A DNA stretch of 64,000 nucleotides from Octopus vulgaris (lineage: Eukaryota). The stretch spans positions 27,342,001 to 27,406,000 of the forward strand of contig OX597837.1 in assembly GCA_951406725.2 (NCBI GenBank), written 5' to 3'. Every line of letters starts with the position of its first letter. Position 1 is the first letter of the stretch. The notes below the pieces were generated by a model, which did not search any database, was not told where the DNA came from, and was given only the letters and a program-made list of their open reading frames with translations. Shown here one piece after another: positions 27,672 to 43,519 of this stretch. The translations under genes and the position numbers were made by a program.

Positions 27672-27949
27672 GTGTTGCCAGTTAACGGCTTCCTACTGCA
27701 TTGAATGCGCTGTAGCTGTGTATTCAGTAAAAAAAAAACGCACAGAAACCCTACACACACACACACACACACGCACGCGCGCACTGTTCACTTTTTTCTC
27801 TCCAGACGATGTCGATATATTTATTTTTTTCCCTCCTTAACACATTATCAATGTAAACAGAACCACTTGGCAGAGGATTTCCTCTGAAACCACGTTGGAA
27901 CAATGCCAGCGACTGTCTCGTGCAATAGCCATCTCTCTCACTGCCATAC

Positions 27950-28000
<51 letters not shown>

Positions 28001-28234
28001 CACACACTCATGCACACACGCACACACACACACCTACTTTCGTCCCGGTTTGTCGTCTCTGAAAAATCTTCGGATGGTTGTAAACTTCTCTCAATTAATA
28101 CTTACATCTAAGCAGGATTGGCTCTGTTAGATAAAACTCGCGTCTATCTATCTATCGATCTATCTATCTGTCGATCTATCTGTCTGTCTGTCGATCTATC
28201 TGTCTGTCTGTCGATCTATCTGCCTGTCTGTCAA

Positions 28235-28301
<67 letters not shown>

Positions 28302-28326
28302 GTCTGTCTATCTATCTATCTATCTA

Positions 28327-28369
<43 letters not shown>

Positions 28370-28408
28370 GCCTGTCTGTCTGCCTGTCTGTGTCTGTCCA
28401 ACCGTCTA

Positions 28409-28455
<47 letters not shown>

Positions 28456-28486
28456 TTATTTGTGATTACATATATGCAACGATTGA

Positions 28487-28715
28487 TACTCTTTTACTTG
28501 TTTCAGTCATGTGACTGTGGCCATGCTGGAGCACCGCCTTTAGTCGAGCAAATCGATCCCAGGACTTATTCTTTGTAAGCCTTGTACTTATTCTATCCGG
28601 TCTCTTTTGCCGAACGCTAAGTAACGGGGACGTAAACACACCAGCATCGGTTGTCAAGCGATGCTGGGGGGACAAACACAGACACACAAACACATACACA
28701 CAAACATATATATGT

Positions 28716-28765
<50 letters not shown>

Positions 28766-28935
28766 GTATGTATACATATATATATATATATGTATGTATA
28801 TACATATACACACACACATGGTTCCGGGTTCAGTCCCACTGCGTGGCACCTTGGGCAAGTGTCTTCTACTATAGCCTCGGGCCGACCAAAGCCTTGTGAG
28901 TGGATTTAGTAGAAGGAAACTGAAAGAAGTCTGTC

Positions 28936-28974
<39 letters not shown>

Positions 28975-29129
28975 CTTCCTTCAGTTTCCGTCTACCTAAT
29001 CCATTCACAAGGCTTTGGTCGACCCGAAGCTATCGTAGAAGACACTTGCCAATGGTGCCACGCAGTGGGACCGAACCCGGAACCATGTGGTTCGTAAGCA
29101 AATTACTTACCACACAGCCACTCCTACGC
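28487..29129. mobile_element. SINE family A cluster: minus copy (28487-28700, 28974-29129) containing a plus-strand fragment (28815-28938)
   Basis: Family A motifs in both orientations. Confidence 0.85.
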
Positions 29130-29329
29130 AAGCATAATTTCGAAAAGTTTATTATTTGATTCGATTTCCTTTACCAAACTTTGTTCCATCGTTTTTCACT
29201 TTCACCAAATTCCAATAAATAAGGGAAGATACATCGAAAGTTAGTGACATCATAGAAAAATATCTTAGGAGGAAACTTAATTCCTCAACCGAGAATCGAA
29301 ACTACATCGCAAGCATTGCTTTATACCGA

Positions 29330-29672
<343 letters not shown>

Positions 29673-29684
29673 TATATATATATA

Positions 29685-29828
<144 letters not shown>

Positions 29829-29859
29829 TATATATATATATATAAATATACACACACAC

Positions 29860-29894
<35 letters not shown>

Positions 29895-30256
29895 TGTATG
29901 TATGTATGTATGTATGTATGTATGTATGTATGTATGTTTGTATGTATTTATGTATGTATGTATGTGAAACAAGTTGAATGCAAGTCGGTTATTTAGATGG
30001 GTTTAATTTGCAGAAAATAGCATGGAGTCTAAAATTAGAGATAAATGTCATTTTTGATTTCCCTTGGCAGCTGATATTTCGCTGGTCATAGAGAAGAAGC
30101 CATTTTGTAAAAGCGAGTTTCTGGCCTCCTGTTGAATATTTTTCAAACAACCGACCAGGATGAAGGATATAATATAGTTGGTGATGGGCTGGGAGTGGCA
30201 GCAGGCAGAAGGATATATATACACACACCTACGTGTATATGTATGTACATTAGTGC

Positions 30257-30459
<203 letters not shown>

Positions 30460-30638
30460 AAATAGGTTTTGTAGGACAAACAGTAAATAGGACTTGGTGT
30501 GTAAATATGTATATTTTAATTATTTTTAATTGGCTGAACTTCCAAAGTAACTCAAGCGCCGAGAGTTTCGTCCGTGGCATTTATGGAATTAATGATATGC
30601 TGTATGCACGGTCCTTGACTCACTTTGTAATTTCTAAT

Positions 30639-30747
<109 letters not shown>

Positions 30748-31207
30748 TGGGCTACAGCAAATATTCTGCTCAATACCACATATTTGCTTGTCAGTTGTTT
30801 GACCTTAACCAGTTGAGCATGTCCCTTAGTGGCTGACGATATGTGCATCTCTGATCACGAGAAGAAGTAGTGGGGGAGCATCATAGCCGTGTGTTGAAAG
30901 GAATTCTTGGAGGTTTGGATAATCCACCTTTGGAAACGTGGGTGGTTTGTTCAACATCTTTAAACAATCCTTATTCAGAGACCTTTTGAGCGGGATGAGC
31001 TACTCGACCTGAAGAAAATTCTAACCGGGCCCCACTTGCAAGATCATGCGCTGTTTATCTTGATTTGAGATCACCATGTCGCGCACATATGGTTGTGATG
31101 CATGTGCCGGGTGTACTCTTATCAGACGGGTAGTCATGATGGGTATACTGGGCTTCGTATTTTTTACCCCAGTGTCTCTTTGATGGCATTCACTGCTCTC
31201 TCACTCA
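30748..31207 (+). mobile_element. TAA-flanked retroposon tail (probable Dong/R4 3' UTR)
   Basis: (TAA)n on both sides; no ORF; overlaps the end of the 11959-12060 fragment. Confidence 0.55.
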
Positions 31208-31254
31208 ATAATAATAATATTCGTTTCTTTATTGACCACAAGAAAGTGAATAAT

Positions 31255-31468
31255 AATGATTTCAAATTTTTGCCACAAGGGCATATTGAGGGAAGGGATT
31301 CAATCGATTACATCGACCCCAGTGCGTAACTGGTACTTTTTTAATCAACCCCGAAAGGATGAAAGACAAAGTCGACCTCGGCGGAATTTGAACTCAGAAC
31401 GTAGCGATAGGTGAAATACTACTAAGTATTTCTCCCGGCGCGCTAACGATTCTGCCAGCTCGCCGCCT
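31255..31468 (-). mobile_element. SINE family C
   Basis: Reverse copy of head and central domain. Confidence 0.85.
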
Positions 31469-31576
31469 TAAGAAGAGCAACAACAACAACAACAACAATA
31501 ACAAAACAACAACAACAACAACAACAATACACACACGCGTACACACGCACGCACGCACACACGCACGCACGCACAA

Positions 31577-31677
<101 letters not shown>

Positions 31678-32179
31678 AACACACACACACATACATCGTT
31701 ATTTAGCTTGTCTCTTCCTTCAGTATTTACGGAAGTACCTTCGTCTACGAACTTTTTCTACACAATTAAGTTTCCCAATTGAAACGAAAAATTTATTACC
31801 GGTCGCCATTTTAAGAATCTGCGTTATTTGATACAATCCACCATTCGAGCGCTGGCGAGCGTATGCGTGTGATTGTGTGTGTATTATATTTCTGGCTTTT
31901 GATATTTAAAATAATTTCTAGCTGTGCATACATGTGTGTTTTTATTCATTCATTTAATCTCCTCATTAGAATTCTGGAGTTAATTCTCATCAAGACGTTG
32001 TTTAAACATAAAGCGTTGACTCTCCAAAACCCCGCCCGCCCTAAACACTTTGTTTAAACAGCGTTCGTTCATTAAACATAATCTTTCTAAGCATGAAAAT
32101 CTCGTAAATTCGCATTAACACCGACAGTGAGAAACGGGTAGTTGACAGACCTTTTGTTAAAAACTTGTAACAAGATATT

Positions 32180-32311
32180 GCTCACTTTGCAACCACTTAT
32201 TTTCGGGTTCAGTTCCACTGCGTAGCACCCTCGGCAAGTGTCTTTTGCAATAGCGCTGGGTTGACCTATGCCTTGTTAGTGGATTTGGTGGACGAAAACT
32301 GTGAAAGCCGT
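32180..32311 (+). mobile_element. Degenerate SINE family A
   Basis: GGGTTCAGTTCCACTGCG..GGCAAGTGTC..GTGGATTTGG. Confidence 0.7.
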
Positions 32312-32324
32312 GTGTGTATGTGTG

Positions 32325-32368
<44 letters not shown>

Positions 32369-32731
32369 TGTGTGTGTATGTGTGTTTGTATGTGTGTGTG
32401 TATGTGTGTGTGTGTGAGTGTATATATACATATATATATATATGTGTGTGTGTGTGTATAAGTTCAGCAAAATTTAGATTCAAATGAATATGGTACTTAA
32501 GTCAGATGCACCAGAATTTTGTACGGTATTATCCATATACATCCATGGGGTGATTATAATCAAAGTAAGCAACAAGAATATCTTCGTATATATATATATA
32601 TATATATATATAGGAATAAAAAATGGAGTCAACGCAGGTTTAAACAAGGAGTTACAACATCTTTACTTGTGAGATTTTACTTGTGGAGATTCATTTATCC
32701 GTGTTAATTGTTAACAAGGTAAAATACACTC

Positions 32732-32778
<47 letters not shown>

Positions 32779-32784
<6 letters not shown>

Positions 32785-32929
32785 ATGGTAAGTAGCTTGC
32801 TTACAAACCACATGGTTCCGGGTTCAGTCCCACTGCGTGGCACCTTGGGCAAGTGTCTTCTACTATAGCCTCGGGCCGACCAAAGCCTTGTGAGTGGATT
32901 TAGTAGAAGGAAACTGAAAGAAGTCTGTC

Positions 32930-33003
<74 letters not shown>

Positions 33004-33219
33004 ATGCTTGTGTGTCTGTGTTTGTCCCTCCAACATTGCTTGACAACCAATGCTGGTGTGTTTACGTCCCCATAACTTAGCGGTTCGGCAAAAGCGACCG
33101 ATAGAATAATTACTAGGCTTACAAAGAATAAGTCCTGGTGTCAATTTGATTCCACTAAAGGCGGTGCTCCAGCATGGCCACAGTCAAATGACTGAAACAA
33201 GTAAAAGACTAAAAGAGTA
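32779..33219 (+). mobile_element. SINE family A
   Basis: Near full-length copy. Confidence 0.9.
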
Positions 33220-33452
33220 ACTTAAATGTGGATGTTCCGTTAGAACAAACTATACCGAGGTAGAAACCATGAGAGAAAACCTCATATTAGCTTTTGGTGC
33301 AAAATGCCCTTTTGCTTATGTCACTAGCGGGGAGATAAATCCTTGCCATCTCCAGCGCCTAGATCACCAGGCCAGGTTATTTCGACCTTCCTTGGTCTTG
33401 TCAATGACGGACACTCAGCCACTGGAGTTAGCAGCGATTCATCTCCCTACCA

Positions 33453-33836
33453 TGGAAGCACTCCGTCGGTTACGACGACGAGAGTTCCGGTTGATCCGAA
33501 TCAACGGAACAGCCTGCTCGTGAAATTAACGAGTAAGTGGCTGAGCACTCCACAGACACGTGCACCCTTAACGTAGTTCTCGGGGATATTCAGCGTGACA
33601 CAGAGAGTGACAAGGCCGGCCCTTTGAGATACAGGTACAACAGAAACAGAAAGTAAGAGTGAGAGAAAGTTGTGGTGAAAGAGTACAGCAGGGTTCACCA
33701 CCATCCCTGCCGGAGCCTCGTGGAGCTTTAGGTGTTTTCGCTCAATAAACACTAACAACGCCCGGTCTGGGAATCGAAACCGCGACCCTATGACCGCGAG
33801 TCCGCTGCCCTAACCACTGGGCCATTGCGCCTCCAC
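33453..33836 (-). mobile_element. SINE family B1
   Basis: Full-length reverse copy. Confidence 0.93.
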
Positions 33837-34122
33837 ACTATTCATGGAATATCTATATTTGAACGGGTTTGGACAAGTTAAGTCAGTCACCGGTGCTTGA
33901 TCAGTATTTAGTTCTCCAGCCCTTGCTAGGATTTGAACTCAGAGAGAGTAAATCAAGAGTAACTGTAACAACTGCAAGTCAGTTTATCCCAAAACCTCAG
34001 CGGTTCTACCACAATAAAGGCTAGGATCGTGTTGGGTAACCCATTAATGTCGGTGTGGTATTTAAGAGCTTCCTGAAGCAAAAATGGCCCACCCCAGCCT
34101 TGTTATATATATATGTGTGTAG

Positions 34123-34235
<113 letters not shown>

Positions 34236-34574
34236 CCTGTTTATATAGATTTGTGAATGTCAACATAATTATCTTGAAATTACACATGAAAACCGTACAT
34301 TTCACAACATCCTAAAACAATAGAATTGTTTGTCTTTTGGTAAAAAAGAATTCCTGTAGACACTTTCGAGAAGCGCCATTACGTTAAAACAACAACAACA
34401 ACACCACCACCAACAACAAAAGAAAAACAACAACTACAACAGCAACAACGAAACTCCTTTCTGCAAACATTAAGGCTTATTCACAATTTACATTGGTGTT
34501 TTCGAAATGCCTTCTTCATTGGTCAGGAATGTAACCTTTTAGCACAGTTTGGGTAGGGGATTGCTACACATACA

Positions 34575-34910
<336 letters not shown>

Positions 34911-35076
34911 TGTATGTATATATGTTTACACACACAAACACACGTTGCGCGCGCAGACGTGTGTGTGTGGATGTGTTATTCTTTCATTTTTGTTTGTCTA
35001 TGATGACCTTTAGGCCCTTTAAATGATTCATCCCCTGCAGAAATTGCCTGGGTTCTTATAAAGGATCCGTGTTGCT

Positions 35077-35111
<35 letters not shown>

Positions 35112-35223
35112 CGCCGTCGTCGCTTTCTATTTCCATAAAAAAAATATAAAACAAAAATGTTTTGTCTCGTCAATAAAACAACGAGGCAAGCAACAGTTTA
35201 GTACTTATAGCGAGTATTATATA

Positions 35224-35415
35224 TTTCTTTATTGCCCACAAGGGGCTAAACATAGAGGGGACAAACAAAGGGATTAAGTCGATTATATCGACCCCAGTGC
35301 GTAACTGATACTTTATTTATCGACCCCGAAAGGATGAAAGGCAAAGTCGACCTCGGCGGAATTTGAACTCAGAACGTAACGGCAGACGAAATACGGCTAC
35401 GCATTTCGCCCGGCG
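35224..35415 (-). mobile_element. SINE family C, 5'-truncated
   Basis: Reverse copy of B-box, central domain and tail. Confidence 0.85.
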
Positions 35416-35660
35416 AGTATTATACAAAAGTATTATAGCGAGTATTATACAAGAAGTACTAATGAATACCATGCAGTGTTTATACAGAGTGCTCTGCAGT
35501 ATTTATAGAGAGTATCATATACTCTTTGTAGTGAGTACCAGATATTCTTTATGGTGAGAGGTAATATTTATCCCCACTTAAACATGGCTGTTCTGTTACA
35601 ACAAACTATACTGCAGAGGAGACAAATACTCACCATCTCCAGCACCGAGACCAGCCGTCC

Positions 35661-36186
35661 AAGAATTTGGACCTGGAGATCTCCATTTCCAGCGACTTCG
35701 AGGGCCACCTCCCAGTGGTGTCGGGCGTCAACGAAGAGCCCTCGACTACAGCAAGACGACCAAAGTTTTTTTTTTCCAAGGTCTGGGGTCTCCCGCCCCT
35801 AAACCCTAGACCATCACCTAATCACCCTTACCCGTAAGAATTTGGACCTGGAGATCTCCATTTCCAGCGACTTCGAGGGCCACCTCCCAGTGGTGTAGGG
35901 CGTCAACGAAGAGCCCTCGACTACAGCAAGACGACCAAAGTTTTTTTTTTTCCAAGGTCTGGGGTCTCCCGCCCCTAAACCCTAGACCATCACCTAATCA
36001 CCCTTACCCGTAAGAATTTGGACCTGGAGATCTCCATTTCCAGCGACTTCGAGGGCCACCTCCCAGTGGTGTAGGGCGTCAACGAAGAGCCCTCGACTAC
36101 AGCAAGACGACCAAAGTTTTTTTTTTCCAAGGTCTGGGGTCTCCCGCCCCTAAGCCCTAGACCATCATCTAATCACCCTTACCCGT
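35661..36186. repeat. Tandem array, 3 x 175-176 bp
   Basis: Units start AAGAATTTGGACC at 35661, 35836 and 36012; near-identical. Confidence 0.97.
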
Positions 36187-36270
36187 CTTGTTGCTTAACA
36201 ACAACAGCAATAACAGCACCGAGACCACCAGTTCTAACGATGTCTTTCTATATATCGTTGGTAGGGAGAT

Positions 36271-36654
36271 GTGGAGGCGCAATGGCCCAGTGGTTAGGGC
36301 AGCGGACTCGCGGTCATAGGATCGCGGTTTCGATTCCCAGACCGGGCGTTGTGAGTGTTTATTGAGCGAAAACACTAAAAGCTCCACGAGGCTCCGGCAG
36401 GGGATGGTGGTGATCCCTGCTGTACTCTTTCACCACAACTTTCTCTCACTCTTACTTCCTGTTTCTGTTGTACCTGTATTTCAAAGGGCCGGCCTTGTCA
36501 CTCTCTGTGTCACGCTGAATATCCCCGAGAACTACGTTAAGGGTACACGTGTCTGTGGAGTGCTCAGCCACTTACACGTTAATTTCACGAGCAAGCTGTT
36601 CCGTTGATCGGATCAACCGGAACCCACGTCGTCGTAACCGACGGAGTGCTTCCA
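36271..36654 (+). mobile_element. SINE family B1
   Basis: Full-length copy. Confidence 0.93.
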
Positions 36655-36729
36655 AAAAATTCCATGAATAGGAGATAGGGAAAGAGTTTGCTGTTTCCTC
36701 TTTCAATCTAATTAGAAGTTTTGGTACTA

Positions 36730-36882
36730 GGCGCATATATGGCTGTGTGGTTAAGAAGCTCGCAGCCTGACTATGGAGTTCTGGGTTCAGACCCGCGTCG
36801 AGGTACCTTGGGTAATATGCTCCAGGATCACCAATGTCCTGTGAGCGAGTATGGTAGATGGAAACTGCGTGGAAGCCCATCA
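36730..36882 (+). mobile_element. Old, degenerate family A-like SINE
   Basis: TGGCTGTGTGGTTAAGAAGCT..GGGTTCAG..CCTTGGG..GGTAGATGGAAACTG. Confidence 0.65.
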
Positions 36883-36897
36883 TATATGTATGTGTGC

Positions 36898-36954
<57 letters not shown>

Positions 36955-37191
36955 TACATACACACATATATGCAAACATACATTCATACATACATACATA
37001 TATATATATGTATGGGACTCTCTTCCTGTCGAGAGTCCCAGATGAGCCTACCTCACGGCAAGAGGTGCAAATGAGGGTAGCTATATCAAACTCCATTCTT
37101 CACCAAGTGCTACATATTAGAGGAGGTTCCTAGTAATAACAGTGTAGCGCAAAACGGCAGTGCATCAGCATGGCCGCAGCTCTAAGCTGAA

Positions 37192-37247
<56 letters not shown>

Positions 37248-37253
<6 letters not shown>

Positions 37254-37460
37254 ATCAAAACAAGAAAGCACAAAAAAACACAACAACGCGAGGACGTGGA
37301 ACAAATATAGTATTATTGGACGCTCAGGAAAGAAGGAAAGAAGGAGGGTTTAACGTTTCGAGCGGAGCTCTTCGTCGGAAACATAGGAGAAGGAAAGATC
37401 CAGAGAAGGGAAGACAGAGGAAAAAAATCGCCAGCGGTACACACGCGGTCACATTTAGCC
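37248..37460 (-). mobile_element. Penelope-like element tail
   Basis: 3' end abuts (TA)n. Shares TTTCCTGAGCG..ATAATAC..TTGTT with the 40460-40505 tail and carries a hammerhead motif. Confidence 0.7.
37348..37382 (-). ncRNA. Minimal type I hammerhead motif (U4C core, CCGACGA)
   Basis: GTTT-CCGACGA-A-GAGC-TCC-GCTC-GAAA-CG-TT-AAAC. Confidence 0.7.
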
Positions 37461-37523
37461 AAAATTTCTAACTAGATAGAAAGAGGACAGAACAAGCTCT
37501 TTCCCTATCTCCTATTCGTGGAA

Positions 37524-37618
<95 letters not shown>

Positions 37619-37656
37619 ATGTACTTTATTTAAAGCAGCAGAAAATTCAACAAAAT

Positions 37657-37694
37657 CTGTTACTCTGAGTTTCTCGTTGCCGTTCATCAGACAG
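37657..37694 (-). ncRNA. Minimal type I hammerhead motif (inverted copy)
   Basis: Exact reverse complement of 37719-37756. Confidence 0.75.
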
Positions 37695-37718
37695 TTTTTG
37701 TTACAATCTAACTAAGAG

Positions 37719-37756
37719 CTGTCTGATGAACGGCAACGAGAAACTCAGAGTAACAG
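37719..37756 (+). ncRNA. Minimal type I hammerhead motif, canonical boxes
   Basis: CTGT-CTGATGA-A-CG-GCAA-CG-A-GAAA-CTC-A-GAG-TA-ACAG; predicted cut after A37752. Confidence 0.75.
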
Positions 37757-38367
37757 ATTTTGTTGAATTTTCTGCTGCTTTAAATAAAGCATATTACTCT
37801 ACCACTGGTATTTGAGTACTCTTTTTTCCCACCTTGTTTCACATTTATGTGTTTACTTCGGTATATATATATATATATTGTTTTAGTTCTAAATTTTGGT
37901 TTTAACTTTTGTCTTGAAGAGTTCAGTTAAACGAACGATAGTGCTAACAAAGAATTATCCAAAATTTTCTGAAGCAACACCCCACCCACCCTAATTTTAT
38001 CTACGAGCCGCCAGTGTATATAAGTTACTCACTCACACACAGAAATTTTGTATACTGCGAAAATACAACAAAATCTATGAGAAACATTTTGTGAAAAAGT
38101 CTAAGGTAATCGATAAGAAATTAATAAAATCCTCTTATACTATTGGTGCGTTTTAAATGCCAGGACAATTTGACCATGCGTATACACACACACATAGACA
38201 CGCACACAGAGCGTTCCATGGATACAGATATATATATATATAATCTGGGGGCATATATGTCAGTATTCACTGCCCCACCCATCCACCCCCTCTCTCTGAC
38301 TATATCTGTCTTCCGGTCTCTGTCTGCCTGTCTGTCCGTGTATATAATATATATATATACATACATA

Positions 38368-38441
<74 letters not shown>

Positions 38442-38473
38442 TATCTATATATGTATATATATGTATATATATT

Positions 38474-38506
<33 letters not shown>

Positions 38507-38555
38507 GTATATATATATATAAAAACTTACTTGGAGAAAAAAAAAGAAACAAATG

Positions 38556-38677
<122 letters not shown>

Positions 38678-38888
38678 CACATACATGTCCGCATACATAC
38701 ATATGTAAAAGTATGTGTTCTTTGTTCGAACGTATATCGATATTCGATTTTTATTAAACATTCATGAACAGATTCGTGTGTGCGCTATACGAGAAAAACA
38801 GAATTTAGGAGAAAAGTTAGGTAGATAGATAGATCAGGAGAGGGAGAGAGAAAGAGAGAGAAAGACAGACAGAAAAGAGAGAGAGAGA

Positions 38889-38938
<50 letters not shown>

Positions 38939-39214
38939 GAGAGAGAGAGAGAGAGAGAATGGAGCGAGGAGAAGTATTTTAATACTTGATGGCAACTACT
39001 CGGCAACTGTTGCCAATTTTGGACCTGTTCCCGGATTAAGGATGTTTTATGCCAATACATAATTCAAATATATTTTTTAATCGTAATACAAAAGCCACGA
39101 TGAATAAAAGCCTGAATTTCATCGACGAGCATTTATTTGATAACAAATATTACATGCTTGACAACAATGAATTTAATATACATATAGATATAAATATAGA
39201 TATAAATATGCATA

Positions 39215-40591
<1,377 letters not shown>

Positions 40592-40594
<3 letters not shown>

Positions 40595-40819
40595 GGTTGG
40601 TCAAAAGTCAACCGACTGTAAATCAAAATTCCATAAATACTATCTGTAATTCCGTATTGACTCGAATGGAAAAAATGTGTGGCTCAAGGACTTTAGTTTG
40701 AACAGTTTTCATGAGGTTTCGTATTTTGATGCTTTTATTAAGCTTATTCAATTGTTAAACATAAATAAATCTTGGAATTAAATGGGTTTGATTTACTGTC
40801 AGGTGACTTTGGCCAACTG
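40592..40819. mobile_element. Tc1/mariner-type MITE
   Basis: TA|CAGGGTTGGTCAAAAGTCAACCGACTGTAAATCAAA ... TTTGATTTACTGTCAGGTGACTTTGGCCAACTG imperfect TIRs. Confidence 0.75.
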
Positions 40820-41021
40820 AGGAGCGGGGTTAGACTTCTTGTGGTATTTTGTCCCGTACTTGCCTCTCATTAAGTGTCTACGTATTTTTCACTCGTGGGT
40901 GATGTCCTGTACTTGATGTATTTTATATTTATTCACTTATGATCGAACGTCACACAGCTTTGTCCACAGTAAGATTTGATTTTTATTTATAATTCCTACG
41001 ACTCTACTCTTTTCCTTTTTT

Positions 41022-41371
41022 CTCTCTTTACTCTTTTACTCTTTCATTTGTTTCAGTCATTTGACTGCGGCCATGCTGGAGCGCCGCCTTTGGTCGAGCA
41101 AATCGACCCCAGGACTTATTCTCTGTGAGCATAACCTCACTGTTGTATGTATATGTTTGTGTGTCTCCGTTTGTTCCCCTAACATCGCTTGACATCCGAC
41201 GCTGGTGTGTTTACGTCCCCGTAACTTAACGGTTCGGCACAAGCGACCGATAGAATAAGTACTAGGTTTACAAAGAGTAAGTCCTGGGGTCGATTTGCTC
41301 GACTAAAGGCAGTGCTCTAGCATGGCCACAGTTAAATGACTGAAACAAATAAAAGAGTAAAAGAGTAAAAG
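41022..41371. mobile_element. Two SINE A 3' fragments in divergent orientation (41022-41130 minus, 41143-41371 plus)
   Basis: Family A tails on both strands. Confidence 0.85.
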
Positions 41372-41433
41372 GAATATGGTTAAAAAAAACGAAATTACTG
41401 TTTCATTGTAATAAGTTTATAAAATAAAAAAAT

Positions 41434-41682
41434 AAATGCGCCCTTTTAAAGCCTAGCCAAGCTCATGGGCCCGGTTTCCCGGTTTCTATGGCGTATGTGT
41501 TCCCCAGCTGGGCGGGACGCCAGTCCATTCTCAGCGTTACTCATTTTTGCCAGCTTAGTGGACGGGAGCAACGTGAAATGAAGTGTTTTGCTCAAGAACA
41601 CAACGCGTCGCTCGGTCCAGGAATCGAAACCACAATCTTACGATCATGGTGCTGACACCCTAACTACGAAGCCAGGCAGCGC
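41434..41682 (-). mobile_element. tRNA-derived SINE family D (CORE-like)
   Basis: Minus strand GGTTTCGATTCC B-box, then GTGTTCTTGAGCAAAACACTT..AAAATGAGTA. Confidence 0.8.
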
Positions 41683-42372
41683 GTCAGTCTCATAATCCAA
41701 TGACATAAGTTTGCTGTTGTTAAATTTGATCATTTATGGAATCTAATATAGTCTTTTTAACTATACCATATCTAGTTCGTTTTTTTATAGAGATTATAAA
41801 CTTGCACATTGGTTTGGGTGTTACATTAGGCTTATGTTCTTTTAGTGTCATGTAAGGTTTATGTGAAATGAGATGTTCCAACTGTCTTCTGCATCACTTG
41901 TGCTGCTTAAATATTGCTTTATCGTTTTTTATGTTCTGAAATTTTGATCTTGTTTCGTTACATTTGTTTGTGATTTGTATGTGTGTTTTTATCACCTAGT
42001 TTAGTCGTAACTTTTTAGTGTTATTAGCTCGTACGTACTAATTGCTTAAGTTTTTGACGGATAGGAAATGTTTATTTAAGGCGTTTTGGAAATTGTTAGT
42101 GTAATTATTAAATTTTACTGTTTTCATAAGTTTAATTACGCCTGCTTTAAACTTCCTTGTGGAATTTTTTCTTTTTCAAATGATAAATTTGTTGTCTGCA
42201 ACTGTATTAATGATAATTTTGGCGAAGACGTCTTCTCTCTTTATACAACTTCAGTTTTCTGTATTTAAACATTTATAGAGCTTCTCTAAGAGCACTAATT
42301 TTCTCGAGTGAATAGAGCGATGTATTCTAACGCCATTTCAAGATGGTGTTAATAAATGCATCGTTTGCCTTT

Positions 42373-42770
42373 AGTGGCTGTGTGGTAAGTAGCTTGCTTC
42401 CCAACCACACGGTTCCTGGTTCAGTCTCACTGCGTGGCACCATGGGTAAGTGTCTTCTGCTATAGCCTCGGGCCGACCAAAGCCTTGTGAGTGGATTTGG
42501 TAGACGGAAACTGAAAGAAGCCCGTCGTATATATGTATATATATATATATGTGTGTGTGTGGGAGGGTTGTGTGTCTGTGTTTGTGCCCCTAGCATTGCT
42601 TGACAACCGATGCTGGTGTGTTTACGTCCCCGTAATCTAGCGATTCGGCAAAAGAGACCGATAGAATAAGTACTAGGCTTACAAAGAATAAGTTCTGGGG
42701 TCGATTTGCTCGACTAAAGGCGGTACTCCAGCATGGCCACAGTCAAATGACTAAAACAAATAAAAGAGTA
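42373..42770 (+). mobile_element. SINE family A
   Basis: Near full-length; sits at the duplication junction. Confidence 0.9.
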
Positions 42771-42819
42771 AAAAACGAAATTACTGTTTCATTGTAATAA
42801 GTTTATAAAATAAAAAAAT

Positions 42820-43068
42820 AAATGCGCCCTTTTAAAGCCTAGCCAAGCTCATGGGCCCGGTTTCCCGGTTTCTATGGTGTATGTGTTCCCTAGCTGGACG
42901 GGAAGCCTGTCCATCGCAGCCTCACTCATTTTTACCAGCTTAGTGGACTGGAGCAACGTGAAATGAAGTGTTTGCTCAAGAACACAACGCGTCGCCCGGT
43001 CCAGGAATCGAAACCACAATCTTACGATCATGGTGCTGACACCCTAACTACGAAGCCAGGCAGCGCGC
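42820..43068 (-). mobile_element. SINE family D (duplicate copy)
   Basis: Paralog of 41434-41682. Confidence 0.8.
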
Positions 43069-43133
43069 CAGTCTCATAATCCAATGTCATAAGTTTGCTG
43101 TTGTTAAATTTGATCTTTTATGGAATATAATGG

Positions 43134-43519
43134 TGGAAGCACTCCGTCGGTTACGACGACGAGGGTTCCGGTTGATCCGATCAACGGAACAGCCTGCTCG
43201 TGAAATTAACGTGTAAGTGGCTGAGCACTCCACAGACACGTGTATCCTTAACGTAGTTCTCGGGGATATTCAGCGTGACACAGAGAGTGACAAGACCGGC
43301 CCTTTGAAATACAGGTACAACAGAAACATGAAGTAAGAGTGAGAGAAAGTTGTGGTGAAAGAGTACAGCAGGGATCACCACCATCCCCTGCCGGAGCCTC
43401 GTGGAGCTTTTAGGTGTTTTCGCTCAATAAACACTCACAACGCCCGGTCTGGGAATCGAAACCGCGATCCTATGATCGCGAGTCCGCTGCCCTAACCATT
43501 GGGCCATTGCGCCTCTACA
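43134..43519 (-). mobile_element. SINE family B1 with 13 bp TSD
   Basis: TATGGAAT(A/C)TAAT at 43119-43131 and 43542-43554; empty site at 41735-41747. Confidence 0.95.

Larger units (their letters stand above)
37624..37862 (+). mobile_element. Penelope-like insertion with inverted pseudo-LTR pair
   Basis: Perfect 71 bp inverted arms (37624-37694 / 37719-37789), 24 bp spacer and a 3' extension ending in TA repeats. Confidence 0.8.
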
